The position numbers and the translations under genes are program-made. 64,000 nucleotides of DNA. Origin: Myxococcales bacterium (GTDB taxonomy: Bacteria > Myxococcota_A > UBA9160 > SZUA-336). Below the pieces are notes generated by a model. The model did no database searches and was not told the origin of the DNA. It was given only the letters and a program-made list of their open reading frames with translations. This document shows, piece after piece, positions 1 to 9,274 of the stretch; the stretch's first letter is position 1, and every line of letters starts with the position of its first letter. Where the stretch lies: positions 7,775-71,774 of the forward strand of contig JABSQV010000053.1 of assembly GCA_013215565.1 (NCBI GenBank), written 5' to 3'.

Positions 1-626
1 TCCGGCGTGTCGCGGAGCGTTCCCGGATCCCGGTCGTCAAGCACTACAAGGGCAATTGTCACGTCTACCTGGACCAGCACGCCGATCCCAAGATGGCGCG
101 CGACCTCACGATCAACTCCAAGACACAGCGCGTTTCCGTCTGCAATGCCGCTGAGACACTGCTGGTCCACTCGACGCTCGCGGAGCAGTTTCTCCCGCAA
201 CTGCTCGCGGAACTCGACGGGCTCGGAGTCGAACTCCGCGGCTGCGAGCGCACCCAGGCCGCGTTCCCGGATGTCGCACCCGCAAGCGACGCGGACTTCG
301 AAGAAGAGTACCTCGACATGATCCTGGCGGTCCGGGTCGTCGATAGCCTGGACGACGCGGTCGAGCACATTCGGCGCTACGGCTCGAACCACACCGAGGC
401 GATCGTCACCGAGGACCTGCGCAACGCACGCGAGTTCCTGCGCCGTGTCAACTCGTCTTGCGTCATGGTCAATGCGAGCACGCGCTTCGCGGATGGGTTC
501 CAGCTCGGACTCGGTGCCGAGGTCGGCATTTCGACCTCGAAGGTGCACTGGTACGGGCCCATGGGCATCGAGGGACTCACGACCGAGAAGTTCGTCGTCT
601 TTGGTAACGGTACCCTGCTCGAGTGA
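1..626 (+). CDS. proA: gamma-glutamyl phosphate reductase, C-terminal part (5' end lies outside the window)
   Basis: Frame 3 is open from the window edge to TGA 624-626. Translation carries ProA-type motifs (IPVVKHYKGNCHVY, VCNAAETLLVH, GSNHTEAIVT, NASTRFADGFQLGLGAEVGIS). Confidence 0.9.
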   Translation, partial: RRVAERSRIPVVKHYKGNCHVYLDQHADPKMARDLTINSKTQRVSVCNAAETLLVHSTLAEQFLPQLLAELDGLGVELRGCERTQAAFPDVAPASDADFEEEYLDMILAVRVVDSLDDAVEHIRRYGSNHTEAIVTEDLRNAREFLRRVNSSCVMVNASTRFADGFQLGLGAEVGISTSKVHWYGPMGIEGLTTEKFVVFGNGTLLE

Positions 627-1207
627 AGCTCGGAATTCTCGGCGGCACCTTCGATCCGATCCACCTCGCGCATTTGAGGATCGCCGAAGAGGTGCGCCTC
701 GCGCTGGAACTCGACCGCGTGTTCTTCGTCCCTGCCTCGAACCCACCCCACCGCCCGGGGCCCCTGGCCACGGCGACCGACAGGCTGGAGATGGTCCGGA
801 TCGCGACCGCCCCGAATCCGGCCTTCGAGGCGAGCGACCTCGAACTCCGCCGCGTGGGCCAGAGCTACACGGTCGACACGCTTCGGGCGTTTTCCTCCCT
901 GCATCCCGGAAGCGAACTCTGGTTCATCATCGGCTCCGATGCCGTCGCCGAGATCGACAGCTGGCGCGAGCCCGACGAGGTACTGCGGCTCGCGCGCTTC
1001 GCGATCGTCAGCCGCCCTGGAAGTCCGGAACTCATCCTGCGGCAGGAGCGCGAGGCACGGGTTTCCCGCGTGCCGGTCTCCGCACTCGCCATTTCCGCGA
1101 GAGAGATCCGGGCTCGCTGCGCAGAAGAGACTTCGATCCGCTACCTGGTACCCGACGCTGTGCTCGACTACATCCGAAAGCACCGGCTCTACGCGGAGGA
1201 CGCTTGA
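623..1207 (+). CDS. nadD: nicotinate-nucleotide adenylyltransferase
   Basis: GTG 623 overlaps the proA stop (GTGA). Has the N-terminal GGTFDPIHLAHL nucleotidyltransferase motif and a C-terminal ISAREIR motif. 194 aa. Confidence 0.9.
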   Translation: MKLGILGGTFDPIHLAHLRIAEEVRLALELDRVFFVPASNPPHRPGPLATATDRLEMVRIATAPNPAFEASDLELRRVGQSYTVDTLRAFSSLHPGSELWFIIGSDAVAEIDSWREPDEVLRLARFAIVSRPGSPELILRQEREARVSRVPVSALAISAREIRARCAEETSIRYLVPDAVLDYIRKHRLYAEDA

Positions 1208-1566
1208 CCGCACGGGAGAAGGCACTGCTACTGGCCGGCGCAGTTGTCGCCAAGAATGCGAGAGAAGTCCTGATTCTCGACGTGCAAGAAGTCTCCAACT
1301 TCACCGACTTCTTCGTGATCGCGGGCGGCGGTTCGTCACGACAGACTCGTACGATCGCCGATGCCGGGATCGAGGCCGTCTCGAAGTCCGGCGAAAAACC
1401 GCTCGGCATCGAGGGCGAGAGCATCGGACGCTGGATTCTGGTCGACTTTTCCGACGTCGTGCTGCACGTCCTGCAGCACGAGGCGAGAGCCTATTACGAC
1501 CTGGAACGGCTCTGGAACGAGGCGCAGGCGATCGAACTTCCAGAGCTTGCAGGGGGCGTCGGTTGA
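1204..1566 (+). CDS. rsfS: ribosomal silencing factor RsfS
   Basis: TTG 1204 overlaps the nadD stop. 120 aa with RsfS-like FTDFFVIAGGGSSRQ and WILVDFSDVVLHV segments. The proA-nadD-rsfS order is widely conserved. Confidence 0.85.
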   Translation: MTAREKALLLAGAVVAKNAREVLILDVQEVSNFTDFFVIAGGGSSRQTRTIADAGIEAVSKSGEKPLGIEGESIGRWILVDFSDVVLHVLQHEARAYYDLERLWNEAQAIELPELAGGVG

Positions 1567-3128
1567 AGGGTCCGATCTGTCTGGTCGTTCTCGACGGGTT
1601 CGGGCTCCGCAGCGACCGAGAGGCGGCCGAGCACGACGCGACGGCGCTCGCCGATACCCCGTTCTTCGATCGCGCGGACCGCCTCTACCCACGCGCCCGG
1701 ATCGAGACTTCGGGGCTCGCGGTCGGCCTGCCCGAGGGGCAGATGGGGAACTCCGAGGTCGGGCACATGACCCTGGGTGCCGGCAGGATCTTCGAGCACG
1801 ACACGGTCCGAATCCAGAAGGCGTTCGACGCGGGCGCCCCGAGGGCCGACGGAACTCTCACGGGCTTGCTCGAAGCAGTTCGTGAGGCAGGCAATTCGCT
1901 GCACCTGTTCGGTCTCGTGTCGGACGGAGGCGTTCACAGTTCGCTCGGGCATCTCGAGTTTCTGATCGATCTGCTCGAGGAACACGGGATCGCACCCGTG
2001 TTGCACGCGTTTACCGATGGCCGCGACACCCCGCCACGCAGCGCGCTGGCCTGGATCCAGCCACTGGAACAGAGACTGCTCGCCCTCGGAGGATGCATCG
2101 CGACCCTGTCGGGACGCTACTGGGCCATGGACCGGGACCAACGCTGGGACCGGATCGCGCTCGCGTGCCGCGCCATCGTAGGGCGAGAGGGTCCGGGTGC
2201 CGCCTCGGCCGTAGACGCGATCCGGCAGGGCTACAAGCGGGACGAGTCGGACGAGTTCATTCTTCCCACGGTGATCGCGGGCGATGGTCCGCGAGCCTTC
2301 GAGGATGGGTCGGCGGGTCTCTTCTTCAACTTCCGGGCCGACCGTGCACGGGAACTTACGAACGCCCTCACGCGCGCGCGACCCGACGCGCTGGGTGCCG
2401 AGATTCTCGAACTGGAGCCGGTCCGTCCGGGGGCCTTTTACACGCTGACCGTTTACGACAGGGCTTTCCCTCTGCCCAGCCTGTTCGAGCCGATCGACGT
2501 CTCGGGAAGCCTCGGAGAACTCGTGAGCGACGCGGGGCTCAGGCAGCTTCGCATCGCCGAGACCGAGAAGTACGCGCACGTCACCTACTTTTTCAACGGT
2601 GGACGCGAAGACCCTTTCGAGGGAGAAGATCGAATTCTGCTTCCGTCCCCGCGCGACGTTCCGACCTACGACCTGAAACCCGAGATGAGCGCCGTCGCGG
2701 TCACGGATCGCCTGCTCGAAGCTCTCGATCTCGAAGCGTACGCGTTCATTCTGGTGAACTATGCAAACCCCGACATGCTGGGCCACACGGGGATGATCCC
2801 GGCCTGCGTTCGAGCGGTCGAGGTCGTGGACGCCTGCCTCGACCGGCTTCGCACCGCGATCCTGTCCCGGGGAGGAAGCCTGCTCGTCACCGCCGACCAC
2901 GGAAACATCGAGTGCCTCCGGGACCCCGAAAGCGGCTCGCCTCATACCGCGCACACGACCAACCCCGTCCCGCTCTGGTGGATTGTCGACCCGGCAGAGG
3001 GCTGCTCTCTCGAAGACGGCGGCCTCGCAGACCTCGCGCCCTCGCTCTGCGAACTGCTCGGGCTCGAACCGGACCCGAAGATGAGCGGTCGGAAGCTGCT
3101 CCGGTGCGAGCCGCACTCCTCGAACTGA
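1563..3128 (+). CDS. gpmI: 2,3-bisphosphoglycerate-independent phosphoglycerate mutase
   Basis: TTG 1563 overlaps the rsfS stop. Motifs LVVLDGFG, GNSEVGHMTLGAGR and TADHGN. About 521 aa. The upstream part of ORF 939..3128 is a shadow frame over nadD/rsfS. Confidence 0.9.
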   Translation: MKGPICLVVLDGFGLRSDREAAEHDATALADTPFFDRADRLYPRARIETSGLAVGLPEGQMGNSEVGHMTLGAGRIFEHDTVRIQKAFDAGAPRADGTLTGLLEAVREAGNSLHLFGLVSDGGVHSSLGHLEFLIDLLEEHGIAPVLHAFTDGRDTPPRSALAWIQPLEQRLLALGGCIATLSGRYWAMDRDQRWDRIALACRAIVGREGPGAASAVDAIRQGYKRDESDEFILPTVIAGDGPRAFEDGSAGLFFNFRADRARELTNALTRARPDALGAEILELEPVRPGAFYTLTVYDRAFPLPSLFEPIDVSGSLGELVSDAGLRQLRIAETEKYAHVTYFFNGGREDPFEGEDRILLPSPRDVPTYDLKPEMSAVAVTDRLLEALDLEAYAFILVNYANPDMLGHTGMIPACVRAVEVVDACLDRLRTAILSRGGSLLVTADHGNIECLRDPESGSPHTAHTTNPVPLWWIVDPAEGCSLEDGGLADLAPSLCELLGLEPDPKMSGRKLLRCEPHSSN

Positions 3129-3721
3129 TCGTCCCGAGCGTCTGCCCCGGCTGCGACGAGCCGCGCGCCGAGGGGCGGCCGCTGCTGTGCGCAGCGTGTG
3201 CGGCCGCTCTGGTACTGCTGCCCGGGCTCCGAGCGGTTCACACCGCGATCGCGTACGAGGGCAAGGGCGCGGAGCTTCTGCGCAGGTTCAAGTTCGAGCA
3301 CCGCCGGGACGCGCTCCGGGTGCTGCTGGATTTCCTGGTCGAGCGCGTGCGAGGGCAGCAGTTCGAGGGCGTCGTTCCGGTGCCGCGGCATCCCGGAAGG
3401 GTACGGGAACTCGGCGTCGACCCGACCTTCGAACTCGGGCGCGATCTCGCGCGACGGACCGGCCAGCCCCTCTGGGATGGCGTGCTAGGGCGCAGCCGTC
3501 CGACGCCAACGCAAACGGGCCTCGGACCGGCCGATCGGCGTCGCAACGTGCGCGGGAGCTTCCGCGCCCGCCGGGCGGCACTGCGCGGACGAAGCGTCCT
3601 GCTCCTCGACGACGTCACGACCACGGGCGCAACCCTCGACGAGGCGGCGGTCACCCTGCGGGAGGAGGCGGGCGCACGGCGCGTGCTCCGGGTCGCGCTG
3701 GCGGGAACGATTGCGCTATAA
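3104..3721 (+). CDS. comF: ComF-family phosphoribosyltransferase-domain protein
   Basis: N-terminal CPGC...CAAC zinc-ribbon and C-terminal PRTase motif VLLLDDVTTTGATL. Start is uncertain (GTG 3104, a 25-nt overlap with gpmI). Confidence 0.75.
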   Translation: MRAALLELIVPSVCPGCDEPRAEGRPLLCAACAAALVLLPGLRAVHTAIAYEGKGAELLRRFKFEHRRDALRVLLDFLVERVRGQQFEGVVPVPRHPGRVRELGVDPTFELGRDLARRTGQPLWDGVLGRSRPTPTQTGLGPADRRRNVRGSFRARRAALRGRSVLLLDDVTTTGATLDEAAVTLREEAGARRVLRVALAGTIAL

Positions 3722-3754
3722 CGGGAGCGCGAGCCCGAACAGACGAGGAGCCCC

Positions 3755-3949
3755 ATGCCGGATTCCGCACAGATCAAAGAGGCGCTGACCCTGAAGGCCC
3801 ATGCAAATCTTGGCGAGGACGTCGAAGACGTAGAGTTCTCGGCGGGCGAAGAGCTCACGGTGCTGAAGGAGTGGGCCCACCACTACTTGGTTCGGAATAC
3901 CGACGGGAAGCTCTTCAACGTCCGCAAGGAACTCTTGAAGACCGACTAG
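3755..3949 (+). CDS. small hypothetical protein (64 aa), SH3-like pattern by eye
   Basis: ATG preceded by GAGGAG. EFSAGEELTVLKEW...DGKLFNV resembles an SH3-type beta barrel. No confident family assignment. Confidence 0.5.
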   Translation: MPDSAQIKEALTLKAHANLGEDVEDVEFSAGEELTVLKEWAHHYLVRNTDGKLFNVRKELLKTD

Positions 3950-3965
3950 GCGATCGTCCGGCGGG

Positions 3966-4997
3966 CTACGACAGCAGCCGGCTGAGCGTTTCGATGAGCT
4001 TCCCCGGATCGACCGGCTTTTTGAACAGGACGCCGTCGAGTCCCTCCAGGCGGCTTCGCTTGATGATGTGGTCCTTGTCGTAATAGAAGGCCGTCATGAG
4101 GACCACCTGGGTATCGGCATAGTCCCGGCGAACCGCCTGGAACAACTCGTAGCCGTCGAGTCCCGGCATCACGACATCGGAGACCACCGCGTCCCAGCTG
4201 GACTGTGCCAGGTGGTCGAGTGCATCGCGGCCATCCTTCGCGCTCTCCACGTAACAGCCCTCCGCACTGAGCACGTCGGACACGGTCTGGCGAACCGCCG
4301 CGTCATCGTCCACGACCAGCACGCGACGCCCATCGAGTGACGAGGCCGCCTGCGCCTCGAGGTCGAGCATCCGCGCGTCACCGATGTAGTCGGTGCTCAA
4401 GTACTCGTCCCCGGCGGCCATCTGCGAGAGACGCTGGAGCTGCTGCTCGATGCGGCCGACCTCGATACGAATCGCAGCGATGCGCTCGGTCTGCTCCTCG
4501 GTCCCGGTTTCTCCGGCGAGACGGCCGAGCAGGGTGAGCTGGTTGGTGATCACGGCGAGAGGATTGTTGATCTGGTGGGAGAGCCCGATCGCGACCTCGC
4601 CCAGAACCGCAAGCTGATCGCGCCGAATGAATTCCGACAGGTCCTTGGCGAAGCCGATCGTCCCCTGCTCACGGCCGGCGGGATCGGCCAGGATCTCGCC
4701 CGAGATCGCAACCGGGATCTCGTGTCCGTCCTTTGCGATGAAGGTCGTGGGAAAGTTTACGACCCTGTGGCGGCCGCCCTGGACGGGGTCGCGCATCGCG
4801 TCCATGACGCGCTTCGCCTCCGCGCGGCTCGGGTAGAGACGGAGCACCGGCTCGCCGATGATCTCTTCCCGCGCGTAGCCGAGATTCTCGACCGCCCCGT
4901 CATTGTAGAAGGAGACGACACCGCGACCTTCGGTCGCGATGACGATATCGGGGGAGGCCTCGACCAGTCTCTCCAAAGAGGCCCGGGAAAGCGGCAT
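3966..4997 (-). CDS. PAS - HisKA-like DHp - receiver (REC) protein lacking an HATPase domain
   Basis: N-terminal PAS-like region. H-box LSHQINNPLAVI. The C-terminal receiver has VLVVDDD, VVSDVVMPGLDG, LMTAF and KKP. No N/G1/F/G2 ATP-binding boxes lie between the DHp and REC regions. Confidence 0.8.
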   Translation of the reverse strand: MPLSRASLERLVEASPDIVIATEGRGVVSFYNDGAVENLGYAREEIIGEPVLRLYPSRAEAKRVMDAMRDPVQGGRHRVVNFPTTFIAKDGHEIPVAISGEILADPAGREQGTIGFAKDLSEFIRRDQLAVLGEVAIGLSHQINNPLAVITNQLTLLGRLAGETGTEEQTERIAAIRIEVGRIEQQLQRLSQMAAGDEYLSTDYIGDARMLDLEAQAASSLDGRRVLVVDDDAAVRQTVSDVLSAEGCYVESAKDGRDALDHLAQSSWDAVVSDVVMPGLDGYELFQAVRRDYADTQVVLMTAFYYDKDHIIKRSRLEGLDGVLFKKPVDPGKLIETLSRLLS

Positions 4998-4998
4998 A

Positions 4999-5019
4999 GG
5001 AGGGAAATCTAATCTCTCC
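4999..5019 (-). promoter_or_regulatory. 7-bp stem-loop one nt upstream of the PAS-DHp-REC start codon, pairing a GGAGAGA (SD-like) with UCCCUCC
   Basis: Minus-strand RNA reads GGAGAGA-UUAGAUU-UCCCUCC-U-AUG (one G.U pair). It also lies downstream of the GH35 gene stop, so it could be a weak terminator. Confidence 0.3.
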
Positions 5020-5057
5020 TCGCACGCCCCGCCAAGGCGCCGGCCGGCCGCAGCCGA

Positions 5058-7364
5058 TTAGACGTCCAGCAGCTCGAGCCGAACCTTGCCCAGCGCCGCG
5101 CGCGGAGTCCGCTTCCAGAGCGCAATCGCGAGGTGGTTCTCGGCGCTCGGGTCGAGGATGCCCCACGGCAACAGGAACCGGATCTGCGGTCCGCGTTCCG
5201 GCCAATAGCGACCGAGCAGGTGCCCGTTCAGGTAAAGGTTCGCCTTGCCCCGACCCGGGTCGAAGACCGCCCCGATCGCCCCACGCCCGGGATTCAGGCC
5301 ATCCAGACGGAAGCGCGTTTCGTAGAGCCCCACCCCGGCCGGGTCGGCCTCCCAGGCGTGAGGGAGTGCAACGGACGCGGGGGTTCCGCGCTCGATCCCG
5401 GAGAAGGCCACGATCGGGTTCATCCCCCGCTCCCCTCGCACCAGGCCGCCGCGGAACTTCCACGAAATCGGCGTCGAGCCCGTGTCGAGTCTCACGATCC
5501 CTCTCGGATTTCGGGCATCGTCCGCAAAGCCCTTGTTGTGACCCAGGCTCTCGACGCAGATCACGATCACGTTCGCGCCCGCATTCCACACGCAGGGACG
5601 CAGGTCGATGCGCTCGAGCCTCGCCCCGTCCGGGCCGACGCCGAGCGGATTCCGGAACTGGTCCCCGGCCGCAATCAGTTCGCGATTGATCCAGACCGCC
5701 CAGCAATGCCGAGCGTCGAGCAGCAACCGGTCCAGCGGTCCCCGAAAGCTCCCCCGGTACCACGCAAAGCCGTAGTGAAGCCCGAGCGCGTCGATGTCGA
5801 ACCCGACGCAAGCCTCGACGCGTTCCGGCGGGATGGTCGCCCAGCCGGAGTCGTCGTACGCGGGATCGAGCTGCGGGCTCGCGCCCGTGAAGCTCCACTC
5901 CTCCAGAGCCGGCAGGGGCGTCCGGGGCGGCGGCGCGAGCGGCAACGGCTTCTCCGGTTCCGGGCTCACGGCCTCGAGCTTTCCGTCCGGGGTGTAGACC
6001 CGAATCTGGGCCTCCCAGGGCGCCAGCTCCGACCGCATTGGCTCGGGCGTCGGAAGACCGCGCGGCTCCCGCCGCGCGTTTCGCAGGAACACGAAGCGGC
6101 GCGTCGGTCCCTGCCGGGTCGCCAGGTGCTCCGGACACCAGGGCTCCGCCTCGACGCGGTCGGTCCGGACAAGTTCGCTCTCGTAGGCCTTCAGAAACTC
6201 GTTGAGCCTGGAAACCGCCCGGTAGCGGGCGCCCGTGCGCCCCGACTCCGGCACCGGCGCCCCGTAATCGTAGGAGGAATAGACGTCGGGGCTCGACATA
6301 TAGCCCCAGGTCACCCCGCCGCAGAAGACGTAGTAGTTCCAGAGCGTGGCCCGCTCGGCCAGAGCCGCCACGGTTGCATTCTCGATCGCCTCGGGTCCCA
6401 GCAACTCCCGTACACGCGCGTAGCCCGGCCCCCCCCAGCCGTCGTACCAACCTCCCTGGAGTTCCGGGAAGAACACGGGATTGTCCGGGCGGTGCCGATC
6501 GAGGCCCGCCTCGTCGCCGCGGAACGACGCGAAGACATCGCGCCGGTTCCTCCAGTCGCGCCGGAAATCGGTGATCGGGTAGCGATCGATGGCCATCAGA
6601 TCGACGTCGGACTGACGCCCGCGGTCCGAGGAAAGATCATTGTGGAAGATCGGAACCTCGATGCCCGCGGCGCGAGCGAGTCCAAAGAGCTCGCGCATGT
6701 ACGCGTTCGTCTGGCCGCGTCCCCGGGCCCGCTCCAGCGAGTCAGAGGCAGAAGCACGACGCAGCCGCCGCCGCACGGCGTCCAGACGCATCAGGACGGC
6801 CGCGACCGGGCGCACCCCAAACCAGCGGAACAGCAGGTCCGCAAGGTCGCGCGGCAGCGTCGACATGGGGGCGGGCAGCGTGTACTCGTTCTCGACCTGC
6901 AACAGGAGCAGCCCGCGGCAGCGTGCGATGCGAGGAAGAACCTGAGCAAACCACTGGCCGACCGCCTCCATGAAGGCGCTCGAGTACGCGAAGCCGGCAG
7001 CGCTCCGGCAACGCAGGGTCACTCCGGGCTCACGCAGCAGCCAGGCCGGAAGCCCGCCCAGATCGATCTCGGCGCAGACATAGGGACCGGGACGCGCGAT
7101 CAGGTACAGACCCGCCTCGTCGATCATCTGGTGCAGGCGGTCGATGTCGCGGAAGCCCGAGAACGAGTACTCGCCTGGCACCTCCGAGTGGTAATTCCAC
7201 GGATAGTAGAGGTCGACGGCATTCAGCCCCGCCTGCCGCATCTGCTCGATTCGATCGCGCCAGAGTTCGGGGTCGGGAAGGCGGAAGTAGTGCAGCGACC
7301 CCGACCGGATCAGCTTCCGCTCCCCGTCAATGGTCAGGCTGTAGCGATCGAACTCTACCTGCAC
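5058..7364 (-). CDS. glycoside hydrolase family 35 beta-galactosidase
   Basis: GH35 N-terminal pattern (SGSLHYFRLP, LNAVDLYYPWNYHE-like, GPYVCAEIDLGGLPAWL). Acid/base motif QVENEY and nucleophile region FFPELQGGWYDGWGG. No signal peptide. GTG start 3 nt after the trxB stop. Confidence 0.85.
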   Translation of the reverse strand: MQVEFDRYSLTIDGERKLIRSGSLHYFRLPDPELWRDRIEQMRQAGLNAVDLYYPWNYHSEVPGEYSFSGFRDIDRLHQMIDEAGLYLIARPGPYVCAEIDLGGLPAWLLREPGVTLRCRSAAGFAYSSAFMEAVGQWFAQVLPRIARCRGLLLLQVENEYTLPAPMSTLPRDLADLLFRWFGVRPVAAVLMRLDAVRRRLRRASASDSLERARGRGQTNAYMRELFGLARAAGIEVPIFHNDLSSDRGRQSDVDLMAIDRYPITDFRRDWRNRRDVFASFRGDEAGLDRHRPDNPVFFPELQGGWYDGWGGPGYARVRELLGPEAIENATVAALAERATLWNYYVFCGGVTWGYMSSPDVYSSYDYGAPVPESGRTGARYRAVSRLNEFLKAYESELVRTDRVEAEPWCPEHLATRQGPTRRFVFLRNARREPRGLPTPEPMRSELAPWEAQIRVYTPDGKLEAVSPEPEKPLPLAPPPRTPLPALEEWSFTGASPQLDPAYDDSGWATIPPERVEACVGFDIDALGLHYGFAWYRGSFRGPLDRLLLDARHCWAVWINRELIAAGDQFRNPLGVGPDGARLERIDLRPCVWNAGANVIVICVESLGHNKGFADDARNPRGIVRLDTGSTPISWKFRGGLVRGERGMNPIVAFSGIERGTPASVALPHAWEADPAGVGLYETRFRLDGLNPGRGAIGAVFDPGRGKANLYLNGHLLGRYWPERGPQIRFLLPWGILDPSAENHLAIALWKRTPRAALGKVRLELLDV

Positions 7365-7367
7365 CGC

Positions 7368-8303
7368 TCAGACCCGGCTGGCGAGCCAGCGCTCGGCGTC
7401 CATCGCAGCCATGCAACCGCTGCCCGCGGCAGTCACCGCCTGCCGATAGCCGGGGTCCATGACGTCGCCACACGCGAACACACCCGCAACCGAGGTCCGC
7501 GTGGACCCGGGCTCGACCCGAAGGTAGCCGGCGGGATCCGTCTCTAGCCAGCGCGCAAAAAGTTCACTGTTGGGCAGGTGCCCGATCGCGACGAACACTG
7601 CCCCGACCTCGAGTTCGATTTTCTCCCCACTTCGGACATCCCGAAGCGATACCGCCCGAACCTCGTCGTCGCCCACGATCTCGTCCACGACAGTGTTCCA
7701 GACGAACTCGATCTTGGGGTTCTCCCGCGCGCGCTGCTGCATGATTCGGCTCGCGCGCAACTCGTCACGGCGGTGAATCACATGCACCGAGCTTGCAAAT
7801 CGCGTCAAGAAAAGGGCTTCCTCCAATGCGGTATCCCCTCCACCAACGACCGCCATCCGGGCTCCGCGGTAGAGCGCTCCATCGCATGTCGCGCAGGCCG
7901 AAACCCCCTTGTTCATCAGCCGCTCTTCGGACGGGAGGCCCAGCCACTTGGCCGAGGCCCCCGAGGCGACGATCAGCGCATCGGCTGTCAGGCTCCGCTC
8001 GTCGGTTTCGATCCGGAAGGGCCGCGAATCCAGTTCGACGCGGATCACATCCTCGTTGTGTACCAGGGCACCAAAGCGCTCGGCCTGCTTCTGAAACAAC
8101 TCCATCAGTTCCGGTCCCCCGATCCCGTCCGGAAAGCCGGGGTAGTTCTCCACGTCCGTCGTGATCATCAGCTGTCCGCCGAAGCTGAAACCCGCCAGCA
8201 CCACGGGAGAGAGTTCGGCCCGGGCCGTATACAGCGCCGCGGTAAAGCCCGCGGGCCCGCTGCCGACGATCGCAATCGCAGTGTGTCGCTGTGCTCCCGG
8301 CAC
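7368..8303 (-). CDS. trxB: thioredoxin-disulfide reductase
   Basis: FAD motif IVGSGPAG, redox centre CATCDG, NADPH motif [12 protein letters not shown]. 311 aa. Confidence 0.92.
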   Translation of the reverse strand: MPGAQRHTAIAIVGSGPAGFTAALYTARAELSPVVLAGFSFGGQLMITTDVENYPGFPDGIGGPELMELFQKQAERFGALVHNEDVIRVELDSRPFRIETDERSLTADALIVASGASAKWLGLPSEERLMNKGVSACATCDGALYRGARMAVVGGGDTALEEALFLTRFASSVHVIHRRDELRASRIMQQRARENPKIEFVWNTVVDEIVGDDEVRAVSLRDVRSGEKIELEVGAVFVAIGHLPNSELFARWLETDPAGYLRVEPGSTRTSVAGVFACGDVMDPGYRQAVTAAGSGCMAAMDAERWLASRV

Positions 8304-8567
8304 CTAGGCTCCACTCCCGGCGAGCAACCTGCCGAGCAGCCCGGAACTCTCGGCCGCTGCCAGATCGTCCGAGCCCCCGACGTGCGTACCATCGATGAAA
8401 ATCTGGGGCACCGTGTGCCGGCCGCTCTTCTCGATCATCTCCAGCCGACGCCGTGGCTCTTGGTCGAGGTCGATCTCGTCCCAGCGCAGGCCCTTTGAAC
8501 CGAGAAGCAGCCGGGCCCGGAGGCAATAGGGACAGCTCTCACGCACGTACATCACGACGTCTGCCAT
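8304..8567 (-). CDS. grxC: glutaredoxin
   Basis: 87 aa with CPYC active site, TVPQIFIDG and GGSDDL motifs. The stop abuts the trxB start. Confidence 0.9.
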   Translation of the reverse strand: MADVVMYVRESCPYCLRARLLLGSKGLRWDEIDLDQEPRRRLEMIEKSGRHTVPQIFIDGTHVGGSDDLAAAESSGLLGRLLAGSGA

Positions 8568-8613
8568 GCGGCTATCCTAGCCAACCGCGAGCACCGCCGT
8601 AGATCTGCGCGGA

Positions 8614-9075
8614 CTAGCGCAGGGCCTTGATCGAGCGGATCTCGAATGCCCTGGTGCCGGACGGAACCCGGATCGCGACCTCGTCCTCTACTTCTCTTCC
8701 GATCAGGGCCCGGCCGACCGGGCTCTGAATCGAGAGCAGACCCTGCGAGATGTCGGCCTCGTACTCGCTCACGAGGGTGTAGCTTATCTCCTCCCCGGAG
8801 TTGAGGTCCTCGAGAATCACGGTCGTTCCGAATCGCACCCGGTCGGGTGGCTGCGTGGCGGGTTCGACGACTTCGGCACGCGCCAGCAGATCCTCTAGCA
8901 ACTTGATGCGCGCCTCGATGTGGCCCTGCGCTTCCTTGGCAGCGTGGTACTCGGCGTTCTCAGAGATGTCGCCGTGTTCGCGCGCGGCCCGAATCTCGCC
9001 GATGATGCGCGGCCGATCCCCGCTCTTGAGTCGCCGAAGCTCCTCCGTGAGGCGCTCGTAGCCGCCCGGCGTCAT
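8614..9075 (-). CDS. greA: transcription elongation factor GreA
   Basis: ATG at 9075 gives 153 aa: MTPGGYERL...GDISENAEYHAAKE...SIQSPVGRALIG. The longer ORF to 9441 is an upstream extension without GreA similarity. Confidence 0.92.
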   Translation of the reverse strand: MTPGGYERLTEELRRLKSGDRPRIIGEIRAAREHGDISENAEYHAAKEAQGHIEARIKLLEDLLARAEVVEPATQPPDRVRFGTTVILEDLNSGEEISYTLVSEYEADISQGLLSIQSPVGRALIGREVEDEVAIRVPSGTRAFEIRSIKALR

Positions 9076-9274
9076 GTGGAGTCGCTCGGCCACCGAGCGG
9101 TCGAAGGTAGGAAGGCCCGATTCGCGTGTCAATCCAGCGCTCGGGCGAGGCTGCTGCGAGGTACGGAGGCAGGACCGAGCGACTGTGACCGGCCTTACGA
9201 AGGCGGACCGATTTCCCCGACCACAGGCTGCTACACTCGCCGCCGGGCGTATCGGCCCGAAGGAGGAACCGACC

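Noticed and set aside
4900-7547. Very long ORFs (516 aa minus, 804 aa plus) overlapping the GH35 gene
   Set aside because: The translations are Arg/Pro/Gly/Ala-rich and low-complexity. They lie in alternative frames of a gene with clear GH35 motifs, which is typical of GC-driven shadow ORFs.
9074-9274. N-terminal 67-aa extension of the secreted-protein ORF (start 9074)
   Set aside because: It would overlap the divergent greA start and precede the signal peptide. TTG 9275, with GGAGGA at ideal spacing, puts the hydrophobic signal at the N-terminus.
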